From Christensenellales bacterium (GTDB lineage: Bacteria > Bacillota > Clostridia > Christensenellales > UBA3700): DNA of 64,000 nucleotides. The notes beneath the pieces are model-generated. The model saw nothing but the letters and a program-made list of their open reading frames with translations, did no database searches and was not told where the DNA came from. The DNA lies in NCBI GenBank assembly GCA_051883395.1, contig JBJETQ010000022.1:2305-66304 (forward strand). Reading direction: 5' to 3'. The translations under genes were made by a program, and so were the position numbers. Positions 9,903 to 18,572 of the stretch are shown here, piece by piece (positions within the stretch are counted from its first letter, which is position 1; each line of letters starts with the position of its first letter).

Positions 9903-9930
9903 ACAGGACAGGCTTATACCTGTCCTATTT
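9903..9930 (+). terminator. rho-independent terminator of ssrA
   Basis: ACAGGACAGG-CTTATA-CCTGTCCT followed by ATTTG. A near-identical copy lies at 13777-13806. Confidence 0.7.
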
Positions 9931-10337
9931 GTATTATGACAATCAACGCAGATTGAAGAAGCAAGAAACGACGCTGAGATATTTTTTAATAGTTTTTTGA
10001 AATATGATTTAATCAGTTTTACGGCTTATAGATAGTCATTATCAGGCGTCACAAAAATATTACGTATTGACAAAATCGAATGACGGTGGTTTACTAATAT
10101 AGTAAAAGCCAATATGGCAGCTGATGATTGCACATTTGAAATGCAAAACCAGCAAATAACCGATAAGGCTTCTGAAAGGCTTGCAAAATATGCTTGTGGA
10201 GATAAAATATCTGCGAAGTATCGCTTAGATTGCCAAATAAGCTTTTATAAGTTAGTGAAAAGATAATTTACTAAAAATTGATTTTGATTTTTTTAAAAAT
10301 GTGATAAAATAAAAACGAACTTTTATGGAGGTGTATT

Positions 10338-11141
10338 ATGGATAGATTAAAAGGCAAAGTTGCGGTCGTTACCGGCTCTACTAGCGGAATCGGTATCGGT
10401 ATTGCAAGATTGTTTGCGGCAGAAGGTGCGAAAGTAGTTGTCTGCGGCAGAAGACAGGAAAAAGGACAAGCGGTTGTTGACAGTATCGTAAAAGAAGGTG
10501 GAGAAGCATGCTATCATTTTATGGATATTACTGCAACGGACAGCATCGAAAAACTTTTTGCGGATACCGTTGAAAAATATGGTAAAATCGACGTGTTGGT
10601 AAACAATGCGGCAAACGTTGCCTTGAAGGACGGACGTGTGGACGAACTTACTCTCGAAATGTGGGATAACATTTTCCAGAGCGATATGCGTGGTACTTTC
10701 TATGCAACAAAAACCGTGTTGCCTTATTTGCAAAAGAATGAAAACGGCGGTTCCATTATCAATATCGGTTCTATGGCGTCTTGCAGCGGCGATTTGAGCT
10801 CTACCGCTTATGCATGTGCAAAAGCCGGCGTAGATAAACTCACGCAATATACCGCTTTGCAGTACGGCAAACAGAATATCCGTTGCAACTGCGTGCGTCC
10901 GGGTCTGATTGTTACGCCTGAAAACGACGCTCACGTTCCACAAATGCTCAAAGATATATTTACGAGCAATATTATGGTCAATCGCTATGGATGTCCTGAG
11001 GATATAGGATATATGTGCGTATATCTCGCTTCCGACGAGAGTGCATACGTTACGGGTCAGATTGTCAACGTGGACGGCGGACTTAACTCTCACGTTTCTA
11101 CCGTTGCACAATTCCGTCAGCTCAATTCCCGCACTTGGTAA
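10338..11141 (+). CDS. SDR family oxidoreductase
   Basis: Cofactor motif TGSTSGIGIG, NNAA, and the catalytic Y..AK (YACAKAG). GGAGG RBS. Confidence 0.85.
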   Translation: MDRLKGKVAVVTGSTSGIGIGIARLFAAEGAKVVVCGRRQEKGQAVVDSIVKEGGEACYHFMDITATDSIEKLFADTVEKYGKIDVLVNNAANVALKDGRVDELTLEMWDNIFQSDMRGTFYATKTVLPYLQKNENGGSIINIGSMASCSGDLSSTAYACAKAGVDKLTQYTALQYGKQNIRCNCVRPGLIVTPENDAHVPQMLKDIFTSNIMVNRYGCPEDIGYMCVYLASDESAYVTGQIVNVDGGLNSHVSTVAQFRQLNSRTW

Positions 11142-11188
11142 AAGGAATTGGCAAAACAGCTGTGTAGCTTTCTGTAAAAAGATTATCT

Positions 11189-11228
11189 AAGCCTAACTCT
11201 GTCCGCAAGGCAGGAGTTAGGCTTTTTG
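11189..11228 (+). terminator. rho-independent terminator of the SDR gene
   Basis: AGCCTAACTCTG ... CAGGAGTTAGGCT followed by TTTTTG. Confidence 0.7.
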
Positions 11229-11563
11229 TTATACAATTTTATTTTATTTTATCAATAAAGAATAGATTAAATTGATAAGAACATATTTTTTGATAAAATA
11301 TTTAAGGTTTATTTTAAGAATGAAAAGTATTATAAAAAAAACGGAATACGCCAAATATTTGATTTAAACGAATTGTCGGCGATAGATTAAAGATTTGACT
11401 TGCAATTTTAAACTTGTGTCCCTTATAACGACAAAAATGGGACCTGAACCGAAATATATTATAGTATAGCAAAATGTAAAACGGGGTAAATTTTTATTAG
11501 GTTAATTTCGTTGTGAAAACGACAATTTTGATATTATTATTCTAAATAAGGAGAAGATACAAA

Positions 11564-13705
11564 ATGAGTTGTAAGAAAATATTAACTGTGATATGTTGTG
11601 TACTTTGTATAGCGTGTTCGTTGTTTACAGCCTGTGATGTGCCGTCTGCCAAGCCGGATAACGATAACCCATCGCAGGGAAATAATAACTATAACGGAGC
11701 GGAAATTGTAGACGATAACGAAGTAGACATAATCGAACCCGATACGACCGAACACGATTTTGAGTTTGTCTCCGATTCAAACGGAACCATTACTTATAAA
11801 TGTGCCGATTGTAACGAAGAAAAAACTGTCGTTATAACTTATGTAAGCGGTACGCCGAATGCCTATTCGGTTGAAAACAACACCATTACGTTCAGCAACA
11901 TTGCCGAACAGAGCGTCTATGACATCAGCGGAACGTTGTATGGCAATATCATAATCGACGTGAGCGAAGATTATAAATTCGAATTGCAAATGAGCGGTCT
12001 GGAAATATATTCTTATTCCGCTTGTCCGATTACTGTTTCGAGTGGGGATAAGGTTACGCTTTCTGCCAAGAAGTCAACGGAAAATTTTATTTATGATATG
12101 CGAGAAGCCGCAGACGAAGACGATATTGACTTTGTATCCGCAAGTGTGTATGCTCAATGCGATTTGAATATTCAAGGCAAGGGCAGTCTTGCGGTTAAGT
12201 CGGTCAACAACAAAGGAATCCATACCAAGGACGATTTGAACGTAAAGAATCTGACGTTGCAGGTAGATTGTATGGACAATGCGTTGAAAGGCAACGACAG
12301 CGTAACGATAGAATCGGGGACTTTGGTGCTTATTGCTCGTCAGGGCGACGGAATAAAAACGTCGAATAGCGATATTTCTTCAAAAGGTAATCAACGTGGC
12401 AGCATTGCGATAACCGGCGGAGACATTTTGATTTATGCGGCGTGCGACGGCATTGACGCTGCTTATGACGTAAGTATTGACGAAAGTGAGACAACCGTCA
12501 ATTTGCAGATTTTTACCGACAAATATTCCAAGTATTCGGAAGAAGTTACTGCCGTTGCCGATAGCGTATATTACGTGCGCTTTAACTCTACGACGTATAG
12601 CTATTCGCTAAAATTCTTTAACAACGATAACGACGCAGTATGGCACAATTCTTCTTCTTATACGACAGTCGGCAATTACCGTTATTATCCTATTGCCAAA
12701 CCGAGTGGATATACCTACGTTCAACTGTATATATACAGCAGCACTCAACAACAAGGGCAGGACGAAAATTACGTTGCCCGCACCGACGCTATGACGGTAA
12801 ACAATAATTACGACACCATTGCGTTGCAATCGAGAAACGGTAGTTTAAGTTATGGTTGGAGCAATTATACTACGGCAAGTCAAGGTGGACCTAACGGCGG
12901 TATGGGTGGCGGCAATACCGACAAAGGCGACTATTCAACCAAAGGCATCAAAGCGGATAACAGCATAACAGTTGCGGCAGGAACGATTACGATAAGTGCT
13001 TACGACGACGCAATACATGCAAATAATACGAACGTTCTTGAAAACGGAGTCGCTGCTACGGGTAACGTAAGTATTGAAGGCGGAATATTGACTTTGCGTT
13101 CTAACGACGACGGAATTCACGCAGACGGCAAGGTAACTATCGGCGGCGGGAACATATCCGTTGTATCAAGTTATGAAGGAATCGAAGGCAATACGATAGA
13201 AATGTCGGACGGCGAAGTTGCCGTTGTATCGTCAGACGACGGCATTAACGGAACTGCTACGACAGGAACGACAATTACTATTGCGGGTGGCAAACTTTAC
13301 GTTTGTGCCGGCGGAGACGGAGTCGATTCCAACAGTACGACTTCCTATGCGGGAATACTTTTTGCGGGCGGTGTGAGCGTTATTATTTCGACAGGACAGT
13401 CAGATTCGAGTATCGATACCGAGCGTGGTTACAAATATACGGGCGGATACGTTTTAGGTATAGGAAAAAGCGGCGGTATGAGCAGCGAAGCGACCAACTG
13501 TTCCGATTTTTCTTCGATTGGTACAAGCAAAACTTTGAGTTTGCAAAAGGACGCTTATTTGGTAGTAGGCGATATAGCTACCGTCAAAATGCCTGTTTCG
13601 ATGAATGCGATTGTCGTGTGCCTTGGAAAAACGAGCGTCAGTATTTCATCAAGCGAATCATCTAGTTGCGAAACGGACGCAAACGGCGTGTATTGGAACG
13701 TATAA
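11564..13705 (+). CDS. lipoprotein with Cthe_2159-like carbohydrate-binding beta-helix repeats
   Basis: Signal peptide with lipobox LFTAC. Recurring DGI turns (GDGIKT, CDGIDA, DDAIHA, DDGIHADG, YEGIEGN, DDGINGT, GDGVDSN) are typical of the Cthe_2159 carbohydrate-binding family. Confidence 0.6.
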   Translation: MSCKKILTVICCVLCIACSLFTACDVPSAKPDNDNPSQGNNNYNGAEIVDDNEVDIIEPDTTEHDFEFVSDSNGTITYKCADCNEEKTVVITYVSGTPNAYSVENNTITFSNIAEQSVYDISGTLYGNIIIDVSEDYKFELQMSGLEIYSYSACPITVSSGDKVTLSAKKSTENFIYDMREAADEDDIDFVSASVYAQCDLNIQGKGSLAVKSVNNKGIHTKDDLNVKNLTLQVDCMDNALKGNDSVTIESGTLVLIARQGDGIKTSNSDISSKGNQRGSIAITGGDILIYAACDGIDAAYDVSIDESETTVNLQIFTDKYSKYSEEVTAVADSVYYVRFNSTTYSYSLKFFNNDNDAVWHNSSSYTTVGNYRYYPIAKPSGYTYVQLYIYSSTQQQGQDENYVARTDAMTVNNNYDTIALQSRNGSLSYGWSNYTTASQGGPNGGMGGGNTDKGDYSTKGIKADNSITVAAGTITISAYDDAIHANNTNVLENGVAATGNVSIEGGILTLRSNDDGIHADGKVTIGGGNISVVSSYEGIEGNTIEMSDGEVAVVSSDDGINGTATTGTTITIAGGKLYVCAGGDGVDSNSTTSYAGILFAGGVSVIISTGQSDSSIDTERGYKYTGGYVLGIGKSGGMSSEATNCSDFSSIGTSKTLSLQKDAYLVVGDIATVKMPVSMNAIVVCLGKTSVSISSSESSSCETDANGVYWNV

Positions 13706-13776
13706 AGTTATATCATAGTAGAATAACGTAATACGACAGACGTCGTTGAATAAATCTGATATTATTCGCTATATTG

Positions 13777-13806
13777 ACAGGACAGGCTTATGCCTGTCCT
13801 TTTTTG
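13777..13806 (+). terminator. rho-independent terminator (second copy of the ssrA terminator sequence)
   Basis: ACAGGACAGG-CTTATG-CCTGTCCT followed by T6. Confidence 0.75.
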
Positions 13807-13862
13807 ACAATCAATCGGTGCCGGATAATAGAAAACCGAATGTAAAGATTGATAAAAGATTG

Positions 13863-13891
13863 TTGACAACGTAGATAATATAGGCTATAAT
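13863..13891 (+). promoter_or_regulatory. sigma-A type promoter of the marR-ABC operon
   Basis: TTGACA (13863-13868), a 17-nt spacer, then TATAAT (13886-13891). Confidence 0.55.
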
Positions 13892-13892
13892 A

Positions 13893-13908
13893 TGTAGCGT
13901 GCTACACA
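13893..13908. promoter_or_regulatory. candidate MarR operator, copy 1 (TGTAGCGTGCTACACA)
   Basis: Inverted repeat TGTAGC-GT-GCTACA immediately downstream of the -10 box. An identical 16-mer recurs at 14409-14424. Confidence 0.4.
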
Positions 13909-13945
13909 ATTACGTTATTTCGCAGGTGCAAAGGGAGTTTTAACA

Positions 13946-14362
13946 TTGGAAAAAGATTTTGGATATCTGATGAAAAGTATCAATGACAAAATGAAGGCAA
14001 GGGCGGACGCCGACCTGAAAAGTTTTGATATAACCTTTGCACAGAGTCAGGTCATTGCGTTTTTGAGTGAAAACGGTGGCAAGGCAACTCAGAAAGAGAT
14101 AGAAGTATTTATGGAAGTGTCCCATCCTACCGTGGTAGGAATCGTATCGAGAATGGAGCAGAACGGACACGTAGTAACATGGTTTGACGAAAAGGATAAA
14201 CGCAACAAGATAGTTAAACTGACGCAGAAAGCCGAGAATATGGGCAAAGATATGCAACAGAATGTTCGCAACAACGAAAAGCAAATTCTGAAATCTTTGT
14301 CTGAGCAGGAGATGAAAGAATTGACCAGAATGTTGGGCATTATTTATAAAAATCTCGAATAA
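13946..14362 (+). CDS. MarR family transcriptional regulator
   Basis: 138 aa with a winged-helix core (ITFAQSQVIAFLSENGGKATQKEIEVFMEVSHPTVVGIVSRME..G). TTG start with an AGGGAG RBS. Confidence 0.85.
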   Translation: MEKDFGYLMKSINDKMKARADADLKSFDITFAQSQVIAFLSENGGKATQKEIEVFMEVSHPTVVGIVSRMEQNGHVVTWFDEKDKRNKIVKLTQKAENMGKDMQQNVRNNEKQILKSLSEQEMKELTRMLGIIYKNLE

Positions 14363-14408
14363 CAGTCAGTAGTAGTCGGAATAAATCCGACTTTATCATA
14401 GAATAAAG

Positions 14409-14424
14409 TGTAGCGTGCTACACA
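14409..14424. promoter_or_regulatory. candidate MarR operator, copy 2
   Basis: The identical 16-mer TGTAGCGTGCTACACA lies in the marR-ABC intergenic region, after the hairpin AGTCGGA-ATAAA-TCCGACT (14373-14391). Confidence 0.4.
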
Positions 14425-14443
14425 TCTATAAAAGGAGTAAATT

Positions 14444-16195
14444 ATGATAAAAACATTGGGAAGGAGTCTGCGGCAATACAAAAAAGGCTCGATAATCACG
14501 ATTATGTTGTCGATTATGGAAGCGGCTTTTGAAATTCTGATACCGCTCTGTATGGCAAAGGTCATTGACGTAGGTATTGAGCTGGGCGATATGAGCGCAG
14601 TATGGAAATACGGTGCAATTTTGCTTGCGCTGGCGTGTCTTCAACTTCTGACGGGGATATTGTCGGCACATATCGGAGCTAAAACGGCGGTCGGCTTTTG
14701 TGCCAATCTGCGACAGGATATGTACGACAACGTTCAGACGTTTGCTTTTTCCAACATAGACAAATATTCGACTGCGTCGATAGTTACCCGTCTTACCACC
14801 GACGTAACGAACATACAAAACGCATATCAGATGTTGTTGCGTATGGCGATAAGGGGACCCGTTATGTTGATATTTTCGATGATAGTATCATTCCGAATCA
14901 ACGTAACGATAGCTTGTATATTCCTGGTTGTCATACCTATTATGGCAGTCTTGCTGCTGTTTATTATCAAAGGAGTAAACCCTATATTCAAACGTGTATT
15001 CCGCACCTACGACCATCTCAACAACGTAGTGCAGGAAAACGTGCGTGGCATCAGGGTAGTCAAATCTTTTAACAGGGAAGATTATGAGATAGACAAGTTC
15101 AAAGGCATATCTCAGTCGATATACGAAGACTTTTCCAAGGGAGAAAGGTTGCTTGCCTACAACTCCCCGATAATGCAGTTTTTTATGTATGCCTGCATGA
15201 TACTCATATCATGGATAGGAGCAAAGGCTATCGTTGCTTCGGGCAACTCAGGTGCGGCGGGTATGACCACGGGCGACCTGACGGCGTTGTTCTCCTATGC
15301 TACTCAGATTTTGATGAGTCTTATGATGTTGTCGATGATATTTGCGATGCTGATAATATCCATAGCTTCTGCCAGACGTATTGCCGAGATATTGGACGAA
15401 AAGACGGATATAGAAAATCCTGTCGACGCTCTGACCACAGTCAAAGATGGTTCGATTTGCTTTGAAAACGTAGACTTTTCGTATGCTTCCAAGGCAGATA
15501 AAAAGGTGTTGGACGATATCAATCTCAATATAGAGTCGGGACAGACGGTGGGCATCGTCGGAGCTACGGGTTCTTCAAAATCTAGTTTGGTACAACTCAT
15601 TCCACGTTTGTACGACGTTACCGCAGGCAGACTTACGCTGGGCGGAGAAGACGTGCGCAATTATGATCTGGACGTTCTGCGCAATGCCGTGGCAATGGTC
15701 TTGCAAAAAAACGAGCTTTTTGCAGGTACGATAAAGGACAATTTGCGCTGGGGTAACGAAAATGCCACCGATGACGAGATAGAACAGGCTTGCAAACTAG
15801 CCTGTGCCGACGAATTTATCCGTACTTTCCCCGACAAATACGATACGTATATAGAACAGGGCGGTACCAACGTGTCGGGCGGACAAAAACAGCGACTGTG
15901 TATTGCACGTGCTTTGCTCAAAAATCCGAAAGTTCTGATACTGGACGATTCGACAAGCGCCGTGGATACCAGAACGGACGCAGCAATTCAAAAATCTTTT
16001 GCAAAATTTTTGCCAGATACTACAAAAATTATCATTGCTCAGAGAGTAAGTTCGGTGCAACACGCCGACCAGATAGTCGTATTGGACGACGGCAAAGTCG
16101 TGGCTACTGGCAAACATGACGAATTGCTGGCAAACTGTGATATATACAGACAGGTTTATCAATCCCAGAAAAAAGGGGGTAAAGAAAATGAGTAA
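14444..16195 (+). CDS. ABC transporter ATP-binding/permease protein (type I exporter half-transporter)
   Basis: Six-TM domain followed by an NBD: Walker A GATGSSKSS, signature VSGGQKQR, Walker B LILDDSTSAVD. Confidence 0.9.
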   Translation: MIKTLGRSLRQYKKGSIITIMLSIMEAAFEILIPLCMAKVIDVGIELGDMSAVWKYGAILLALACLQLLTGILSAHIGAKTAVGFCANLRQDMYDNVQTFAFSNIDKYSTASIVTRLTTDVTNIQNAYQMLLRMAIRGPVMLIFSMIVSFRINVTIACIFLVVIPIMAVLLLFIIKGVNPIFKRVFRTYDHLNNVVQENVRGIRVVKSFNREDYEIDKFKGISQSIYEDFSKGERLLAYNSPIMQFFMYACMILISWIGAKAIVASGNSGAAGMTTGDLTALFSYATQILMSLMMLSMIFAMLIISIASARRIAEILDEKTDIENPVDALTTVKDGSICFENVDFSYASKADKKVLDDINLNIESGQTVGIVGATGSSKSSLVQLIPRLYDVTAGRLTLGGEDVRNYDLDVLRNAVAMVLQKNELFAGTIKDNLRWGNENATDDEIEQACKLACADEFIRTFPDKYDTYIEQGGTNVSGGQKQRLCIARALLKNPKVLILDDSTSAVDTRTDAAIQKSFAKFLPDTTKIIIAQRVSSVQHADQIVVLDDGKVVATGKHDELLANCDIYRQVYQSQKKGGKENE

Positions 16196-18116
16196 GAAAA
16201 AAATATCGGACAAGACGCAGTCCAACGCTATGCCAAAGGCGCAGTTTGACGTAAAGACCCTGACAAGACTGCTCAGTTATATGAAGGACTATAAGGGACA
16301 GCTGGTTTTTGTAGTTATCTGCATTTTGCTCAGCGCAATAGCTTCCGCCGCTTCGTCTTTGTTTTTGCAGTCGCTCATTGACGACTATATCGTACCGCTG
16401 CTTGGAGTGGATAACCCGGTATTCAGCAGTTTGCTCAAAGCTCTTGTGGTGATTGGAGTCATATATCTGGCAGGTGTGCTTTCTACGTTGTTTTACAACC
16501 GCATTATGGTTACCATTGCGCAAGGAACGCTCAAAAAAATAAGAGACGAGATGTTTGAGAAAATGCAAGGTCTGCCTATAAGGGCGTTTGATACCCGCAC
16601 TCACGGCGATATTATGAGCCTTTATACCAACGATACCGATACTCTGCGACAAATGATAGCTCAGTCAATGGCACAACTGATTTCGTCGATATTTACTATT
16701 GTGGCGGTATTCGTCTGCATGTTATATATCAGCGTGTGGCTGACTTTGGTTGCCGTTGCGGTGATGTTTGCAATATTGCAGATAGTAAAAATCATTACAG
16801 GGAAGATAGGCAATTATTTTGTAATGCAACAAAAGACGCTTGCCGACGTCAACGGCTACGTTGAAGAAATGGTAAACGGACAAAAAGTAGTCAAAGTTTT
16901 CTGCCACGAAACGCAGGCAAAAAATCAACTGGGAATAAGAAACACCGAGTGGGCAAAAAGTGCCGCAAGCGCAAACGGGTATGCAAATTCCATGATGCCT
17001 ATGATGAACGCTTTGGGCTACGTCCAGTACGTTATCATTGCGATATTGGGAGCGTATATGGCTATTTCCGGGGCGACAAACTTGTCTCTTACGGGCTGCG
17101 GCACGTTGTCGCTGGGCATGATAGCGTCGTTCCTTACCTTATCACGCAACTTTACCAATCCCGTATCGCAGATATCCAATCAGTTCAATTCGATTGTTAC
17201 CGCTCTTGCAGGTGCATCCCGTATATTTGCCTTTATGGACGAACAGCCTGAGACCGACGAAGGCTACGTTACTCTCGTCAACGCCATTGAACAGGACGGA
17301 ATATTGACGGAAACAAGCGAACGTACAGGAATATGGGCTTGGAAACACCCGCATCACGACGGCACCGTAACTTACACCAAGTTGAAAGGAGAAGTTGTCT
17401 TTGAAAACGTAGATTTTGGATACGTCGCAGACAAACAGGTGTTGTACGACGTTTCGTTGTACGCCAAACCGGGACAAAAAATTGCATTTGTGGGAGCTAC
17501 GGGCGCAGGCAAGACCACTATCACCAATCTTATCAACAGATTTTATGATATCGCCGACGGTAAAATCAGATATGACGGAATCAATATCAACAAAATCAAA
17601 AAGGCCGATTTGCGTCGTTCTTTGGGAGTGGTGCTGCAAGAAGTCAACCTGTTCACAGGGACGGTAATGGATAACTTGCGTTACGGCAATCCCGACGCCA
17701 GCGACGAAGATTGTATTGCCGCAGCTTGTCTTGCCAATGCCGACGGCTTTATAAGAATGTTGCCTGACGGATACAATACCGTTCTCAAAGGCGACGGAAG
17801 CGGCTTGTCGCAAGGACAGCGCCAGTTGCTTTCCATTGCACGTGCGGCAGTATCCAATCCGCCCGTTATGATACTTGACGAAGCTACGTCTTCCATCGAT
17901 ACCCGTACCGAAGCTTTGGTGCAGGACGGTATGGACAAATTGATGAAGGGCAGGACGGTTTTTGTCATAGCGCATCGCCTTTCCACAGTCCGCAATTCCG
18001 ACGTAATTATGGTACTTGACCACGGTAGAATTATAGAACGTGGCAATCACGAAGACCTTATTGCAAAGAAAGGAACGTATTATCAACTCTACACGGGAGC
18101 GTTTGAGTTGGAATAA
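16188..18116 (+). CDS. ABC transporter ATP-binding/permease protein (partner half-transporter)
   Basis: Walker A GATGAGKTT, signature LSQGQRQL, Walker B MILDEATSSID. ATG 16188 overlaps the upstream stop by 8 nt; the longer ORF from 16116 is unsupported. Confidence 0.9.
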   Translation: MSKKKISDKTQSNAMPKAQFDVKTLTRLLSYMKDYKGQLVFVVICILLSAIASAASSLFLQSLIDDYIVPLLGVDNPVFSSLLKALVVIGVIYLAGVLSTLFYNRIMVTIAQGTLKKIRDEMFEKMQGLPIRAFDTRTHGDIMSLYTNDTDTLRQMIAQSMAQLISSIFTIVAVFVCMLYISVWLTLVAVAVMFAILQIVKIITGKIGNYFVMQQKTLADVNGYVEEMVNGQKVVKVFCHETQAKNQLGIRNTEWAKSAASANGYANSMMPMMNALGYVQYVIIAILGAYMAISGATNLSLTGCGTLSLGMIASFLTLSRNFTNPVSQISNQFNSIVTALAGASRIFAFMDEQPETDEGYVTLVNAIEQDGILTETSERTGIWAWKHPHHDGTVTYTKLKGEVVFENVDFGYVADKQVLYDVSLYAKPGQKIAFVGATGAGKTTITNLINRFYDIADGKIRYDGININKIKKADLRRSLGVVLQEVNLFTGTVMDNLRYGNPDASDEDCIAAACLANADGFIRMLPDGYNTVLKGDGSGLSQGQRQLLSIARAAVSNPPVMILDEATSSIDTRTEALVQDGMDKLMKGRTVFVIAHRLSTVRNSDVIMVLDHGRIIERGNHEDLIAKKGTYYQLYTGAFELE

Positions 18117-18287
18117 AGTAATGAAAAAGTTATTTTTTGATGAGAGAAGGGGGATTAAAGACTACGACCGACACAAGCAAGCAAAAAGTGCGAAAAGTCG
18201 ATACGTGTCGCAAAAAATGCATTATTATAAAAAACAAATGAAAATAATAAAATGTAATTTTGCAATATAAATATGATTTTTTTAGAT

Positions 18288-18316
18288 AAATGGAAGGGCT
18301 GATTTCCCTTCCATTT
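18288..18316 (+). terminator. hairpin terminator after the ABC operon
   Basis: AAATGGAAGGG-CTGATTT-CCCTTCCATTT is a perfect 11-bp stem with a short T-rich tail. Confidence 0.6.
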
Positions 18317-18495
18317 GTTAATTGAAATATTTCAGCAAGGGGCACGCTATACAATTTATAAGGCAAGTGCTTGAAAAATAAGAGTTTATAGCATTTATCA
18401 ATTAAATTTTGAAAATTTTTTGAAGATTTATTATTAAAAAATATTTAGTTATGTCAATTGACTATTTGAAACAGTTCTTTTTTTAAAATTAAGAC

Positions 18496-18529
18496 TTGAC
18501 AACAATGGTTGGATATATGATAATATAAT
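18496..18529 (+). promoter_or_regulatory. candidate promoter of the 15-gene operon
   Basis: TTGACA (18496-18501), a 17-nt spacer, then GATAAT (18519-18524), with an overlapping TATAAT at 18524-18529. It sits in a very A+T-rich 450-nt intergenic region. Confidence 0.4.
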
Positions 18530-18572
18530 CAACTATAATATACTAAAAGATTCACAGAAGGTATAGTGATTT

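Noticed and set aside
10114-10266. A 50-aa ORF (MAADDCTFEMQNQQ...) in the 440-nt non-coding stretch after ssrA.
   Set aside because: It has no RBS and no recognisable family, and it lies in an A+T-rich spacer. I cannot support it as a gene, though it might be a decayed remnant.
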